Assembly: GCA_913009895.1 (NCBI GenBank)
Contig: CAJVXY010000002.1
Span: 93,279-157,278 of the forward strand
Reading direction: 5' to 3'
DNA length: 64,000 nucleotides
From: an uncultured Acidiferrobacteraceae bacterium
Lineage (GTDB): Bacteria; Pseudomonadota; Gammaproteobacteria; Acidiferrobacterales; SZUA-150
The notes under the pieces were generated by a model. It saw nothing but the letters and a program-made list of their open reading frames with translations, was not told the origin of the DNA and did not search any database. Shown here in pieces: positions 9,101-18,732 of the stretch. Position 1 is the stretch's first letter. Every line of letters begins with the position of its first letter. Position numbers and translations under genes: made by a program.

Positions 9101-10681
9101 TTGCTAGAAAGAACGCAGAGAAGTGGTCGACGACTCTTCGAATGGGTAGAGGCCGGATTCAATCGAATTGGCGGCCATCGCTGGAATCCATTTTATCAGC
9201 TCGGGGCCCTGTCATTTTTCTTTTTCTGGATCATTACTGTCAGCGGCCTGTATCTTTACATTTTCTTTAGAACTGGCACGACAGCAGCTTATGAATCAGT
9301 AGAATACCTGACTATTGATCAGTGGTATCTTGGCGGTGTGATGCGTAGCTTGCATCGTTACGCATCGGATGCGTTTGTAGTTACAATTGTATTGCATATT
9401 CTGCGTGAGTTCTTCATTGGTCGTTACCGCTACTTTCGCTGGTTCTCCTGGGTTACCGGTGTCCCGTTGCTATGGCTAACGTTTGCGGCGGGAATCGGGG
9501 GCTATTGGCTGGTATGGGACAGCCTGGCCCAGTACATTGCGATAACTACGGCTGAATGGCTGGATTGGCTGCCTTTTCTTACCGATCCGATTGCGCGTAA
9601 TTTTCTCAACCAGGCAAGCATGAGTGATCGATTCTTTTCACTACTGTCATTCCTGCATATCGCCATACCTTTATTCTTGCTATTGGGTATGTGGATACAT
9701 ATCCAGCGTATGACACTTCCTCGCTCCAATCCAACACGTATCCTGGCTGTGGGTACTATCTCGGCGCTGTTAGTGCTTTCGTTTATCCTGCCAGCCACGA
9801 GCCAGGAACCAGCCAACCTTGATAATCTTGTCTTTACGGTAAATCTTGACTGGTTTTATCTCAATTTTTACCCTTTGCTTGATAAATGGTCGGCTGGCAG
9901 CATCTGGGCACTGGTTTTTGGTGTTACATTGTTGTTAGTGGTGATGCCCTGGTTACCGCCTCACAAACCAGAACCCGTTGCCGTAGTCGATCTCGAGAAT
10001 TGCAATGGATGTGGGCGCTGTTTCGATGACTGTCCATTTGGCGCAGTTGATATGTTTCCACGTACAGATAATTTACCATTTTCCCATGAGGCCGTTGTTG
10101 ACAGCGCATTATGCGCCAGTTGCGGCATTTGTGTTGGTTCTTGCCCAACCGCAACGCCATTCAGGCGGGCGACAGCTTTGGTGCCAGGTATAGATATGCC
10201 GCAGTTAAAGATCGCGGATATCCGGGATAAAACCGTACAAGCCGCAGAAAAATTAACTGGTCATGACAGGGTGATAGTATATGGTTGTCGAAATGGGACC
10301 GACATAAACAGGTTACAGGGATCAGGCGTGGCGGTAATTTCATTACCGTGTATTTCTGCTTTACCGCCGTCTTTTATAGATTTTGTGATTGCACGTGGCC
10401 ATGCTGAGGGTGTGTTCCTCACAGGTTGTCAGCAGGGCGATTGTTACTACCGCTTGGGCATTGACTGGACAGAACAACGTATAGCCGGACTTCGTGATCC
10501 TGCGCTTCGAAAAAAGGTGCCACGTGAGCGTGTAGCCACATGCTGGTCCGGCCCGGTAGGATTTGCCAGGCAAAAAGCCGAACTGGTTTCATTCAGGGCC
10601 CAGTTGCTGGAAATGGGACCTAACAGAAGGAACGGTGCAATCATTAATAAAACCGATACACCTGACAGCAAAGGGGGGTGA
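9101..10681 (+). CDS. Fusion protein: di-heme cytochrome b-like membrane domain + 2x[4Fe-4S] ferredoxin + MvhD/FlpD-like domain
   Basis: Two helices each carry His pairs at i/i+14 (HRYASDAFVVTIVLH and HIAIPLFLLLGMWIH), as in bc1/b6f cytochrome b. These are followed by CNGCGRCFDDCP and CASCGICVGSCP. The last domain has VYGCRNG...LPCISALP...LTGCQQGDCYYRLG, which is MvhD-like. TTG start with AGGAG 8 nt upstream. Confidence 0.7.
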   Translation: MLERTQRSGRRLFEWVEAGFNRIGGHRWNPFYQLGALSFFFFWIITVSGLYLYIFFRTGTTAAYESVEYLTIDQWYLGGVMRSLHRYASDAFVVTIVLHILREFFIGRYRYFRWFSWVTGVPLLWLTFAAGIGGYWLVWDSLAQYIAITTAEWLDWLPFLTDPIARNFLNQASMSDRFFSLLSFLHIAIPLFLLLGMWIHIQRMTLPRSNPTRILAVGTISALLVLSFILPATSQEPANLDNLVFTVNLDWFYLNFYPLLDKWSAGSIWALVFGVTLLLVVMPWLPPHKPEPVAVVDLENCNGCGRCFDDCPFGAVDMFPRTDNLPFSHEAVVDSALCASCGICVGSCPTATPFRRATALVPGIDMPQLKIADIRDKTVQAAEKLTGHDRVIVYGCRNGTDINRLQGSGVAVISLPCISALPPSFIDFVIARGHAEGVFLTGCQQGDCYYRLGIDWTEQRIAGLRDPALRKKVPRERVATCWSGPVGFARQKAELVSFRAQLLEMGPNRRNGAIINKTDTPDSKGG

Positions 10682-10684
10682 GCC

Positions 10685-11077
10685 ATCATCTTAATTGAGT
10701 GGAAAGAAGAATTCTCTGTTGGCGTGCCGGGAGTTGATCATGAGCATAAAGTACTGGTTGATCTTTTGAACAGGCTTTATGAAAATTTGATGCGAGAGTC
10801 GACTGCTGAAGAGGTGGAAGAATTTCTTGGCGAGATTTACGCCAGGATATCAGCGCATTTTGCATTGGAGGAAAATATCATGCGCGAGCAACATTATGAC
10901 CAGTATAGTGAACACAAGGCGGACCATGAGCGGTTGCTGGACGAGATTCGTGACATCATGGATGACCATACTGCAATGGAAAATTCGGACAAGGACAAGT
11001 TTGCCGAACGCTTAAAATCATGGTTTGTTAATCACTTCAAGACCCAGGATGCCAGGCTTCATGGACGTTTGTCATAA
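10685..11077 (+). CDS. Hemerythrin-like (bacteriohemerythrin) protein; true start unclear
   Basis: Metal-ligand pattern VDHEH, HFALEE, HKADHE, NHFKTQD. The track ORF starts at GTG 10724, but the conserved N-terminal IEWKEEFSVGV lies upstream. It is reachable only from ATC/ATT codons (10685-10696) or by reading through the upstream TGA (10679-10681). Confidence 0.75.
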   Translation: MILIEWKEEFSVGVPGVDHEHKVLVDLLNRLYENLMRESTAEEVEEFLGEIYARISAHFALEENIMREQHYDQYSEHKADHERLLDEIRDIMDDHTAMENSDKDKFAERLKSWFVNHFKTQDARLHGRLS

Positions 11078-11158
11078 TGACAGAAGTAAGAAATGCCATG
11101 TTAAAGAGAAACTTGATAATTCAGGTAATATTTTACCGCGCAGGATTTTAGGGAAATA

Positions 11159-11704
11159 ATGATGACCAGGGTATTACAATATATAGGCCAGGTAGTAGCA
11201 TACGGAGGGTTCATTATTTTTGTCGGCTACTTGTCTGCTGCACCTGCCTATGTTCACCTGCAGCCAGGCCAGGCTCAAATAAAGCTTAGCTTTAGTCATG
11301 CGGGAAAGCCCGTCAGTGAATGTCGTGAACGTAGCGATGAAGAGCTTGCACGTCTTGCGCCTAATATGCGCGTAAGAAAAGTATGCCCCAGAGAACGTTC
11401 CGGTGTAGCTGTAGTGCTGGAGGTGGATGACAAGTTGTTGTATAGCGATATTTTACAACCCTCCGGCCTGAAAAAAGACGGGACATCAACAACATACAGA
11501 AAATTCACGGTTAAAGCCGGTAAGTATAAAATAAAAATAAAACTCAAGGATGACTTCCGGAAATCAACGACCATCAAAGATGTGTCAAAGTTAAATGCAG
11601 GTGATTTTAATTACACATATTCCCGGAAAGTCTATCTCGGTGCAGGAAAAATAATGGTCATTGATTTTAATAAGGAGGCAGATGGATTTGTTTTCAGTTT
11701 TTGA
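11159..11704 (+). CDS. Hypothetical N-terminally anchored protein (181 aa)
   Basis: One N-terminal TM helix (VVAYGGFIIFVGYLSAAPAYV) followed by a Lys-rich soluble domain that looks beta-rich. I recognise no family. Placed between the hemerythrin and the second heme-copper-like gene. Confidence 0.5.
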   Translation: MMTRVLQYIGQVVAYGGFIIFVGYLSAAPAYVHLQPGQAQIKLSFSHAGKPVSECRERSDEELARLAPNMRVRKVCPRERSGVAVVLEVDDKLLYSDILQPSGLKKDGTSTTYRKFTVKAGKYKIKIKLKDDFRKSTTIKDVSKLNAGDFNYTYSRKVYLGAGKIMVIDFNKEADGFVFSF

Positions 11705-11793
11705 TGAAGTTAGTATAGTGATAACAGGCAATTTAATCTTCCCGGTAGATAACCAGAGCTTTTATCTGTTTTAAAAAAAGTTAAACATACGAT

Positions 11794-13161
11794 ATGCAGG
11801 AAGATTTCATACTATCGGTACCAAAAGATAACCGTCGGGATTTAGCCAAAGGCTGGCTCTGGCTGGGTTTAATTTCTCTATTAGTATCAGGAATTTTTTC
11901 AGTTCTCCTGGTAGTCTTTCGCACGCCCTATATCCAGAATATTTTCTCCTCGGTAGATTTTTTTCGAACTGCTCTGGTTGTCCATGTAGATCTTTCTGTT
12001 TTGGTCTGGTTTCTTGCTTTTGGTGGCGTGTTCTGGAGTTTGAATTCCACTACCAGTTTCATACGGCTCGGTTGGTCAGCATTATTCTTTGCCACGCTGG
12101 GTACGATAGTGATGGTGCTGGCGCCATTTATTGGTAATGGCAACCCGCTGATGAGTAATTATATTCCTGTCTTGCAGGATTCAGTGTTTATAACAGGTTT
12201 GTTGTTTTTTGCATTTGGTATCACCTTGCTGGTTCTGCGAAGTATGTTTGCTATCCCACTGGTAGGGCTGCAAATTACAGGTGTTGGTTCATTACGTTTC
12301 GGCCTGAATACCGCTGCTATATCTGCAATTATGGCGCTGCTCGCATTTTTCTGGTCTTTTCTGGCTATGCCGGATTTTGTTACTGGAAAAGCCTTTTACG
12401 AACTCCTGTTTTGGGGTGGCGGCCACATGCTGCAATTTACATATACATTGCTCATGCTCGTCGCCTGGTTGTGGTTGGCTACTGCTTCGGGTCTCCGCAT
12501 TGCCCTGAGTCCAAGAGTTGTGCTGCTTCTTTTCATATTAGGTCTAATGGCGGTATTCACGGTTCCGCTAATTTATTATTCCTACAAAATAATTTCAGTT
12601 GAACACATTAAACTCTTTACCTGGTTGATGGCGTATGGTGGCAGCCTGGCCACACTACCATTGGCTTTGGCAATTCTTCACGGTTTTTTTATTAGCTCAC
12701 CAGCATCAGGATCACAGACACCCTTACGAGCAAGTTTGATCATGTCTATGATTTTATTTGGTGTCGGTGGTGTTATCGGTTTCCTGATCGAGGGGAGTAA
12801 CGTTACGATTCCCGCCCATTATCACGGTTCTATTGTCGGCGTTACATTGGCATTTATGGGGATGACGTATAATTTACTGCCGCGTTTTGGTTATAAGTAT
12901 CCTGATGTGAAATTGGCTCGTATTCAACCCTATATATATGGAGGTGGCCAGTTATTGCATGTATCAGGATTAGTATGGTCAGGAGGATATGGTGTCCAGC
13001 GAAAAGTTGCAGGTATTGAGCAGGGGCTCGACGACATGGAAAAAATTGCCGCGATGGGCTTGATGGGCCTGGGGGGATTGGTCGCGATTATAGGCGGACT
13101 GATGTTTCTCCTAGTGGTTTATAAAGCCATGGCAAACAGGAAAACGCAAGAAACAGCCTAA
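11794..13161 (+). CDS. Heme-copper oxidase subunit I-like polytopic membrane protein with incomplete metal-ligand set
   Basis: 455 aa and about 12 TM. Has LVVHVDL (H64), FWGGGHMLQF (H211) and IPAHYHGSIVG (H342/H344), at spacings reminiscent of HCO helices II, VI and X. There is no HH pair where helix VII would be; YY261-262 sits there. Confidence 0.55.
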   Translation: MQEDFILSVPKDNRRDLAKGWLWLGLISLLVSGIFSVLLVVFRTPYIQNIFSSVDFFRTALVVHVDLSVLVWFLAFGGVFWSLNSTTSFIRLGWSALFFATLGTIVMVLAPFIGNGNPLMSNYIPVLQDSVFITGLLFFAFGITLLVLRSMFAIPLVGLQITGVGSLRFGLNTAAISAIMALLAFFWSFLAMPDFVTGKAFYELLFWGGGHMLQFTYTLLMLVAWLWLATASGLRIALSPRVVLLLFILGLMAVFTVPLIYYSYKIISVEHIKLFTWLMAYGGSLATLPLALAILHGFFISSPASGSQTPLRASLIMSMILFGVGGVIGFLIEGSNVTIPAHYHGSIVGVTLAFMGMTYNLLPRFGYKYPDVKLARIQPYIYGGGQLLHVSGLVWSGGYGVQRKVAGIEQGLDDMEKIAAMGLMGLGGLVAIIGGLMFLLVVYKAMANRKTQETA

Positions 13162-13256
13162 AGAACGTAAAAAATATCTACAGCAGTTGCCGGATGAAAT
13201 GGTTTTTTCTAATACTACTAATCGTTGATTGCAGTTAGTTAAGCAAAAAGTAATGA

Positions 13257-13466
13257 TTACGTTTTCGTAAAGTACTGCGTCAGTTGAAATAGCGCGAGGG
13301 CTAGCGTAAGGATAATCACGAAAAAAATCAGGCTACGATTTTGAAGACGTTCACCCCGTTTTTCTTCAATACGATTGAGAATCCAGTCTGATCCAAGATA
13401 GAGCGTTATTCCTGCTAAAGTAAACAAGACTATTTCCAAAAGTTGACTCCTGTGAATAATAAGCAA
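13257..13466 (-). CDS. Small two-TM membrane protein (hypothetical)
   Basis: Two hydrophobic helices separated by RIEEKRGERLQNR. An internal TTG at 13439 has AGGAG 7 nt upstream and may be the real start. No family recognised. Confidence 0.35.
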   Translation of the reverse strand: MLIIHRSQLLEIVLFTLAGITLYLGSDWILNRIEEKRGERLQNRSLIFFVIILTLALALFQLTQYFTKT

Positions 13467-13816
13467 TATTAAAAGTTAGCCAGAAAATATGCCAGGGGAC
13501 AAGTAATGCAAAAAAATTGGGTTCTTGGCCAACATGTCCAGGCATTTTTATCAATCTTACTGCCAAACCCCAAGCAGTAATTTCGTTCAAGTTTATCACG
13601 ATGCTGAATTTGCCGTAAAAAGAATTTTCCCAGGAGGTTTATGAGTGCCTGACTCGGAGGTATATATAAAAGTGATTTATCAATGTTTGCCCTGTTAAAT
13701 TAAAAGCAGGAGAGTACCCACTATAAAATTACGGGTATATATTTTTTAACATATCTCAACTAAATCATAGGATATTTCAGAAAATGGGCATATATTGTTG
13801 AGATGCAATATATGTT

Positions 13817-13830
13817 TGATGTAAGTCAAT
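13817..13830. promoter_or_regulatory. FNR/Dnr-type box TTGAT-GTAA-GTCAA
   Basis: Matches TTGAT-N4-ATCAA at 9 of 10 positions and exactly fits the TTGAT-N4-GTCAA variant. It lies about 156 bp upstream of the nirI-like start. Confidence 0.55.
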
Positions 13831-13985
13831 TACTTGGAAGTTAGTCTATGGTTAAACTTACGTAATAGTAATCTGGCCACGTTGCAGGTTGCTTGATTTT
13901 TTTTTGAGTGGTGTATCTGGATTTATAAACAGAGGCTGTCATAAAAAATTTATCTAAACATAGAATATTAGACTTACCCTGTCTT

Positions 13986-15524
13986 ATGGTGGGCATATTC
14001 TTGCTCACGGTGAGTGCTGGTGTATTTGCTGGTGGTACACTGGAAACCTACCCTGAAATAAAAAATTTTTTCCCTGCTTTAACCCGTGTCGGTGATATTG
14101 CTGGCGAGCCGCCTGCAGCACCTGTGTACCAGCAAGGTAAACTTCTGGGATATGTATTTTCTACACAAGCAATAGCACCTATTCCTGCTTATTCGGGTAA
14201 ACCTATTAACATCCTGGTTGGCTTGAATCTTTCCGGACAGATAACGGGCCTTAAGATAATCGAACATCACGAGCCAATTTTATTGGTTGGCGTTTCTGAA
14301 AAACAATTAAAAGAATACATTGATCAGTACCAGGGCGTGGACATTTTTGATCGCGTCCGGGTAGGGGCAGAAAAGAAAGCGGGCTCAGTGGGTATTGACA
14401 CGATTAGTGGCGCGACCATTACTGTGATGGTCTCCAATGCCACTATTGTCAATTCTGCCAGAACCGTTGCGGCCAGGTACGGCATTACTCGTAGTAGAAA
14501 GTCGGGTAAAAGCTCGCCAGTAATTTTAACAAGACAGGCCCCGGTTGCGGCTGAAAAAGAACTTCCGGCAAATAACCCGGCTGAGACTCCCTTGGTCTCA
14601 GAAGCGCCAGACCTGGAGCGGGCCTGGGTCACCATCTGGGAAGGTCGTGCTATTGAGATTGGTATTTTGGTTTTTGCCCTGTTCTTATTGACAGCAATCC
14701 TGTTATTTCAGGATTGGATTGTACGACGACCAACCCTGTATGAATATTTACGGAATGGTTATTTATTATTTACTGTTTTTTTTATTGGTGGTTATGCGTT
14801 GGCACAGCTTTCTATTGTTAATGTTTTGACCTTTGTTCATGCTTTTGTCCATGACTTCAGGTGGGAAACCTTTGCCCTGGACCCCCTTATATTTATTCTC
14901 TGGGTATTTGTTGCATTCACTTTGTTGTTATGGGGGCGCGGGGTGTACTGCGGCTGGTTATGTCCATTTGGTGCTATGCAGGAATTGATAAACATGGTTG
15001 CCCGTCGCTTTAAGGTTAAGCAGTGGGAATTCCCGACTATGGTTCATGAGCGTCTTTGGGCAATAAAATACGTGGTGTTGATTGCATTGTTCGGCATCTC
15101 ACTACAGTCACTATCATTGGCAGAGTATTACGCAGAAATCGAACCATTTAAAACCACGATTCTGCGTTTTGATCGGGCATGGCCATTTGTGCTTTATGTG
15201 GTGGTCCTGTTAATGATTTCTATAGTCAATCGCAAGTTTTATTGTAAATATATTTGCCCCCTGGCAGCTGCCCTCATAATTCCGGCCCAAAACCGGGTTT
15301 TTGACTGGGTAAGAAGACGCAATGAATGTGGTAAACCATGCCAGGTCTGCGCTGATTTATGTGAAGTACAGGCGATCGCACCAACTGGTGAAATTAACAA
15401 GAATGAATGTCATTATTGTCTGGACTGCCAGGTAACATACTGGAATGAATACAAATGCCCACCCCTGGTCCAGGAACGTAAAAAGCGGGAACGGCATATT
15501 GCTGTTCATAGCCTTTCGAATTAA
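13986..15524 (+). CDS. nirI: NosR/NirI-family membrane protein (periplasmic FMN-binding domain, TM domain with CX3CP motifs, C-terminal polyferredoxin)
   Basis: FMN_bind-like GIDTISGATITV, CGWLCPFGAMQE and CKYICPLAA, and C-terminal CGKPCQVCADLCE / CHYCLDCQ...CPP. Sits directly 5' of nirS. It is shorter than classical NosR, and its start is uncertain. Confidence 0.75.
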   Translation: MVGIFLLTVSAGVFAGGTLETYPEIKNFFPALTRVGDIAGEPPAAPVYQQGKLLGYVFSTQAIAPIPAYSGKPINILVGLNLSGQITGLKIIEHHEPILLVGVSEKQLKEYIDQYQGVDIFDRVRVGAEKKAGSVGIDTISGATITVMVSNATIVNSARTVAARYGITRSRKSGKSSPVILTRQAPVAAEKELPANNPAETPLVSEAPDLERAWVTIWEGRAIEIGILVFALFLLTAILLFQDWIVRRPTLYEYLRNGYLLFTVFFIGGYALAQLSIVNVLTFVHAFVHDFRWETFALDPLIFILWVFVAFTLLLWGRGVYCGWLCPFGAMQELINMVARRFKVKQWEFPTMVHERLWAIKYVVLIALFGISLQSLSLAEYYAEIEPFKTTILRFDRAWPFVLYVVVLLMISIVNRKFYCKYICPLAAALIIPAQNRVFDWVRRRNECGKPCQVCADLCEVQAIAPTGEINKNECHYCLDCQVTYWNEYKCPPLVQERKKRERHIAVHSLSN

Positions 15525-15634
15525 TGATATGTATCAACAAAATTTGATGGTTATGTTAAATATGCTGGTGCCAGACGTAAAACGTATGAATACATCACCA
15601 AAAGCTGATATATGAAGGAGCTGGTATACTCGAC

Positions 15635-15648
15635 TTGACTTAGGTTAA
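15635..15648. promoter_or_regulatory. Candidate FNR/Dnr-type box TTGAC-TTAG-GTTAA
   Basis: Lies about 150 bp upstream of nirS. Its half-sites are identical to the reverse complement of the 4443-4456 box. Confidence 0.4.
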
Positions 15649-15747
15649 AGCAGAAATACGGTAATACATGTCAGTATAGGCATTATTTTCTTGGGATAAG
15701 GGTTCACAATTTATGTAGAATAACTCTTATTGACACAATATGTTTGA

Positions 15748-17535
<1,788 letters not shown>

Positions 17536-17618
17536 AGGATAATAACTTCGGCTAATTATGCGGGGGTTAATTTGTGCCCCCGTATTTTTTGAATAGTAAT
17601 ATTGACAGAGGTATTGCC

Positions 17619-18416
17619 ATGAAAGATTCAGCCTGTGTGTATTTGGTTGGTACTGGACCTGGTGATCCTGATTTGTTAACAGTTAAAGCGCTACGTTTGT
17701 TGCAAAGTGCCGATGTTGTAATCTACGATCGCCTGGTTAATAAAGCGATCCTGCAACAAGTCCCCGCCGGCGTACTTAAAATATTTGTTGGTAAGGCAAC
17801 AAGCAATCACGCATTCTCCCAGGATGAAACCAATCGGTTAATGGTTAAACTTGCCGATAAAAAAAGAACTATTGTCAGGCTGAAAGGTGGCGACCCCTTT
17901 ATTTTTGGGCGTGGTGGTGAGGAGGCGTTGTACCTGGCCCAAAGGGACATCCCTTTTGAAATTGTGCCCGGGATAACGGCTGCCACGGCAGCTGCTACTT
18001 ATGCCGGAATACCGCTGACACACCGTGGATTAGTGCAAAGTGTACAGTTCATCACAGGCCACGGCCGGAATAACAAACCGCTGGATTTTGATTGGCAGAA
18101 ACTGGCCGACCCACAGACCACACTTGTTGTTTATATGGGGCTGGCGACTATTGGCGAAATAAGCAAACAGTTGATTGTTGCCGGGTTGCCGGCAGATATG
18201 CCAGTAGCCGCAATTGAAAATGGATCAACAGCCAGGCAACAGCGCTTGTTAACCACGTTAAAGGATGTACCAAAAGATGTAAAACTATATGGACTTCAGC
18301 CACCTGTTTTATTTGTCATTGGCAGAGTAGTGGGGCTGGCAGAATCCCTGGACTGGTTTATTACAGATGACCTTGATTCATGTGAAGGTGAACAGGATAA
18401 GCATGCGCAAGGCTAG
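17619..18416 (+). CDS. nirE: Uroporphyrinogen-III C-methyltransferase (SUMT) for heme d1 synthesis
   Basis: VYLVGTGPGDPDLLTVKALRLLQSADVVIYDRLV and GGDPFIFGRGGEE. The track ORF begins at 17574; the internal ATG at 17619 (MKDSACVYLVG) fits the family N-terminus. Confidence 0.9.
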   Translation: MKDSACVYLVGTGPGDPDLLTVKALRLLQSADVVIYDRLVNKAILQQVPAGVLKIFVGKATSNHAFSQDETNRLMVKLADKKRTIVRLKGGDPFIFGRGGEEALYLAQRDIPFEIVPGITAATAAATYAGIPLTHRGLVQSVQFITGHGRNNKPLDFDWQKLADPQTTLVVYMGLATIGEISKQLIVAGLPADMPVAAIENGSTARQQRLLTTLKDVPKDVKLYGLQPPVLFVIGRVVGLAESLDWFITDDLDSCEGEQDKHAQG

Positions 18417-18732
18417 GAGAGCGTGGCTCCTTTTCTGCATCAGTATTTTAACCCCTACCGCAATGGCAGAAATTACGGTTTCGCGCCAGGTAGAGTTAAA
18501 AAATCTTTTAGAGCAGGACTGTGGTTCATGTCATGGCCTGACGCTAAAGGGTGGCCTCGGCCCGGCTTTGACTATTGATGCCATGAAAAAGAAACCTCGG
18601 GCAGTCATGCTGGCAACAATATCAGATGGCCGTCCTGGTACACCCATGCCACCATGGAAAAATATTTTAACAGCTGAAGAGATAGCGTGGCTGCTTGATG
18701 TGTTATATAAAGGTAGTTACCGTGAAAAATAG
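18403..18732 (+). CDS. nirC: Cytochrome c55X
   Basis: Signal peptide plus CGSCHG. A small mono-heme c in the nir context. ATG 18403 overlaps the nirE stop. Confidence 0.8.
   Translation: MRKARRAWLLFCISILTPTAMAEITVSRQVELKNLLEQDCGSCHGLTLKGGLGPALTIDAMKKKPRAVMLATISDGRPGTPMPPWKNILTAEEIAWLLDVLYKGSYREK

Noticed and set aside
10679-10681. The in-frame TGA before the hemerythrin as a selenocysteine codon.
   Set aside because: I see no convincing SECIS-like stem-loop in the ~60 nt immediately downstream, and the context (GG-TGA-AII linker) is not a redox active site. Readthrough or a non-canonical start is kept as a finding instead.
15541-15560. TTGATGGTTATGTTAA downstream of nirI as an additional FNR box.
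   Set aside because: The right half-site (ATGTT/TGTTA) does not match ATCAA/GTCAA.
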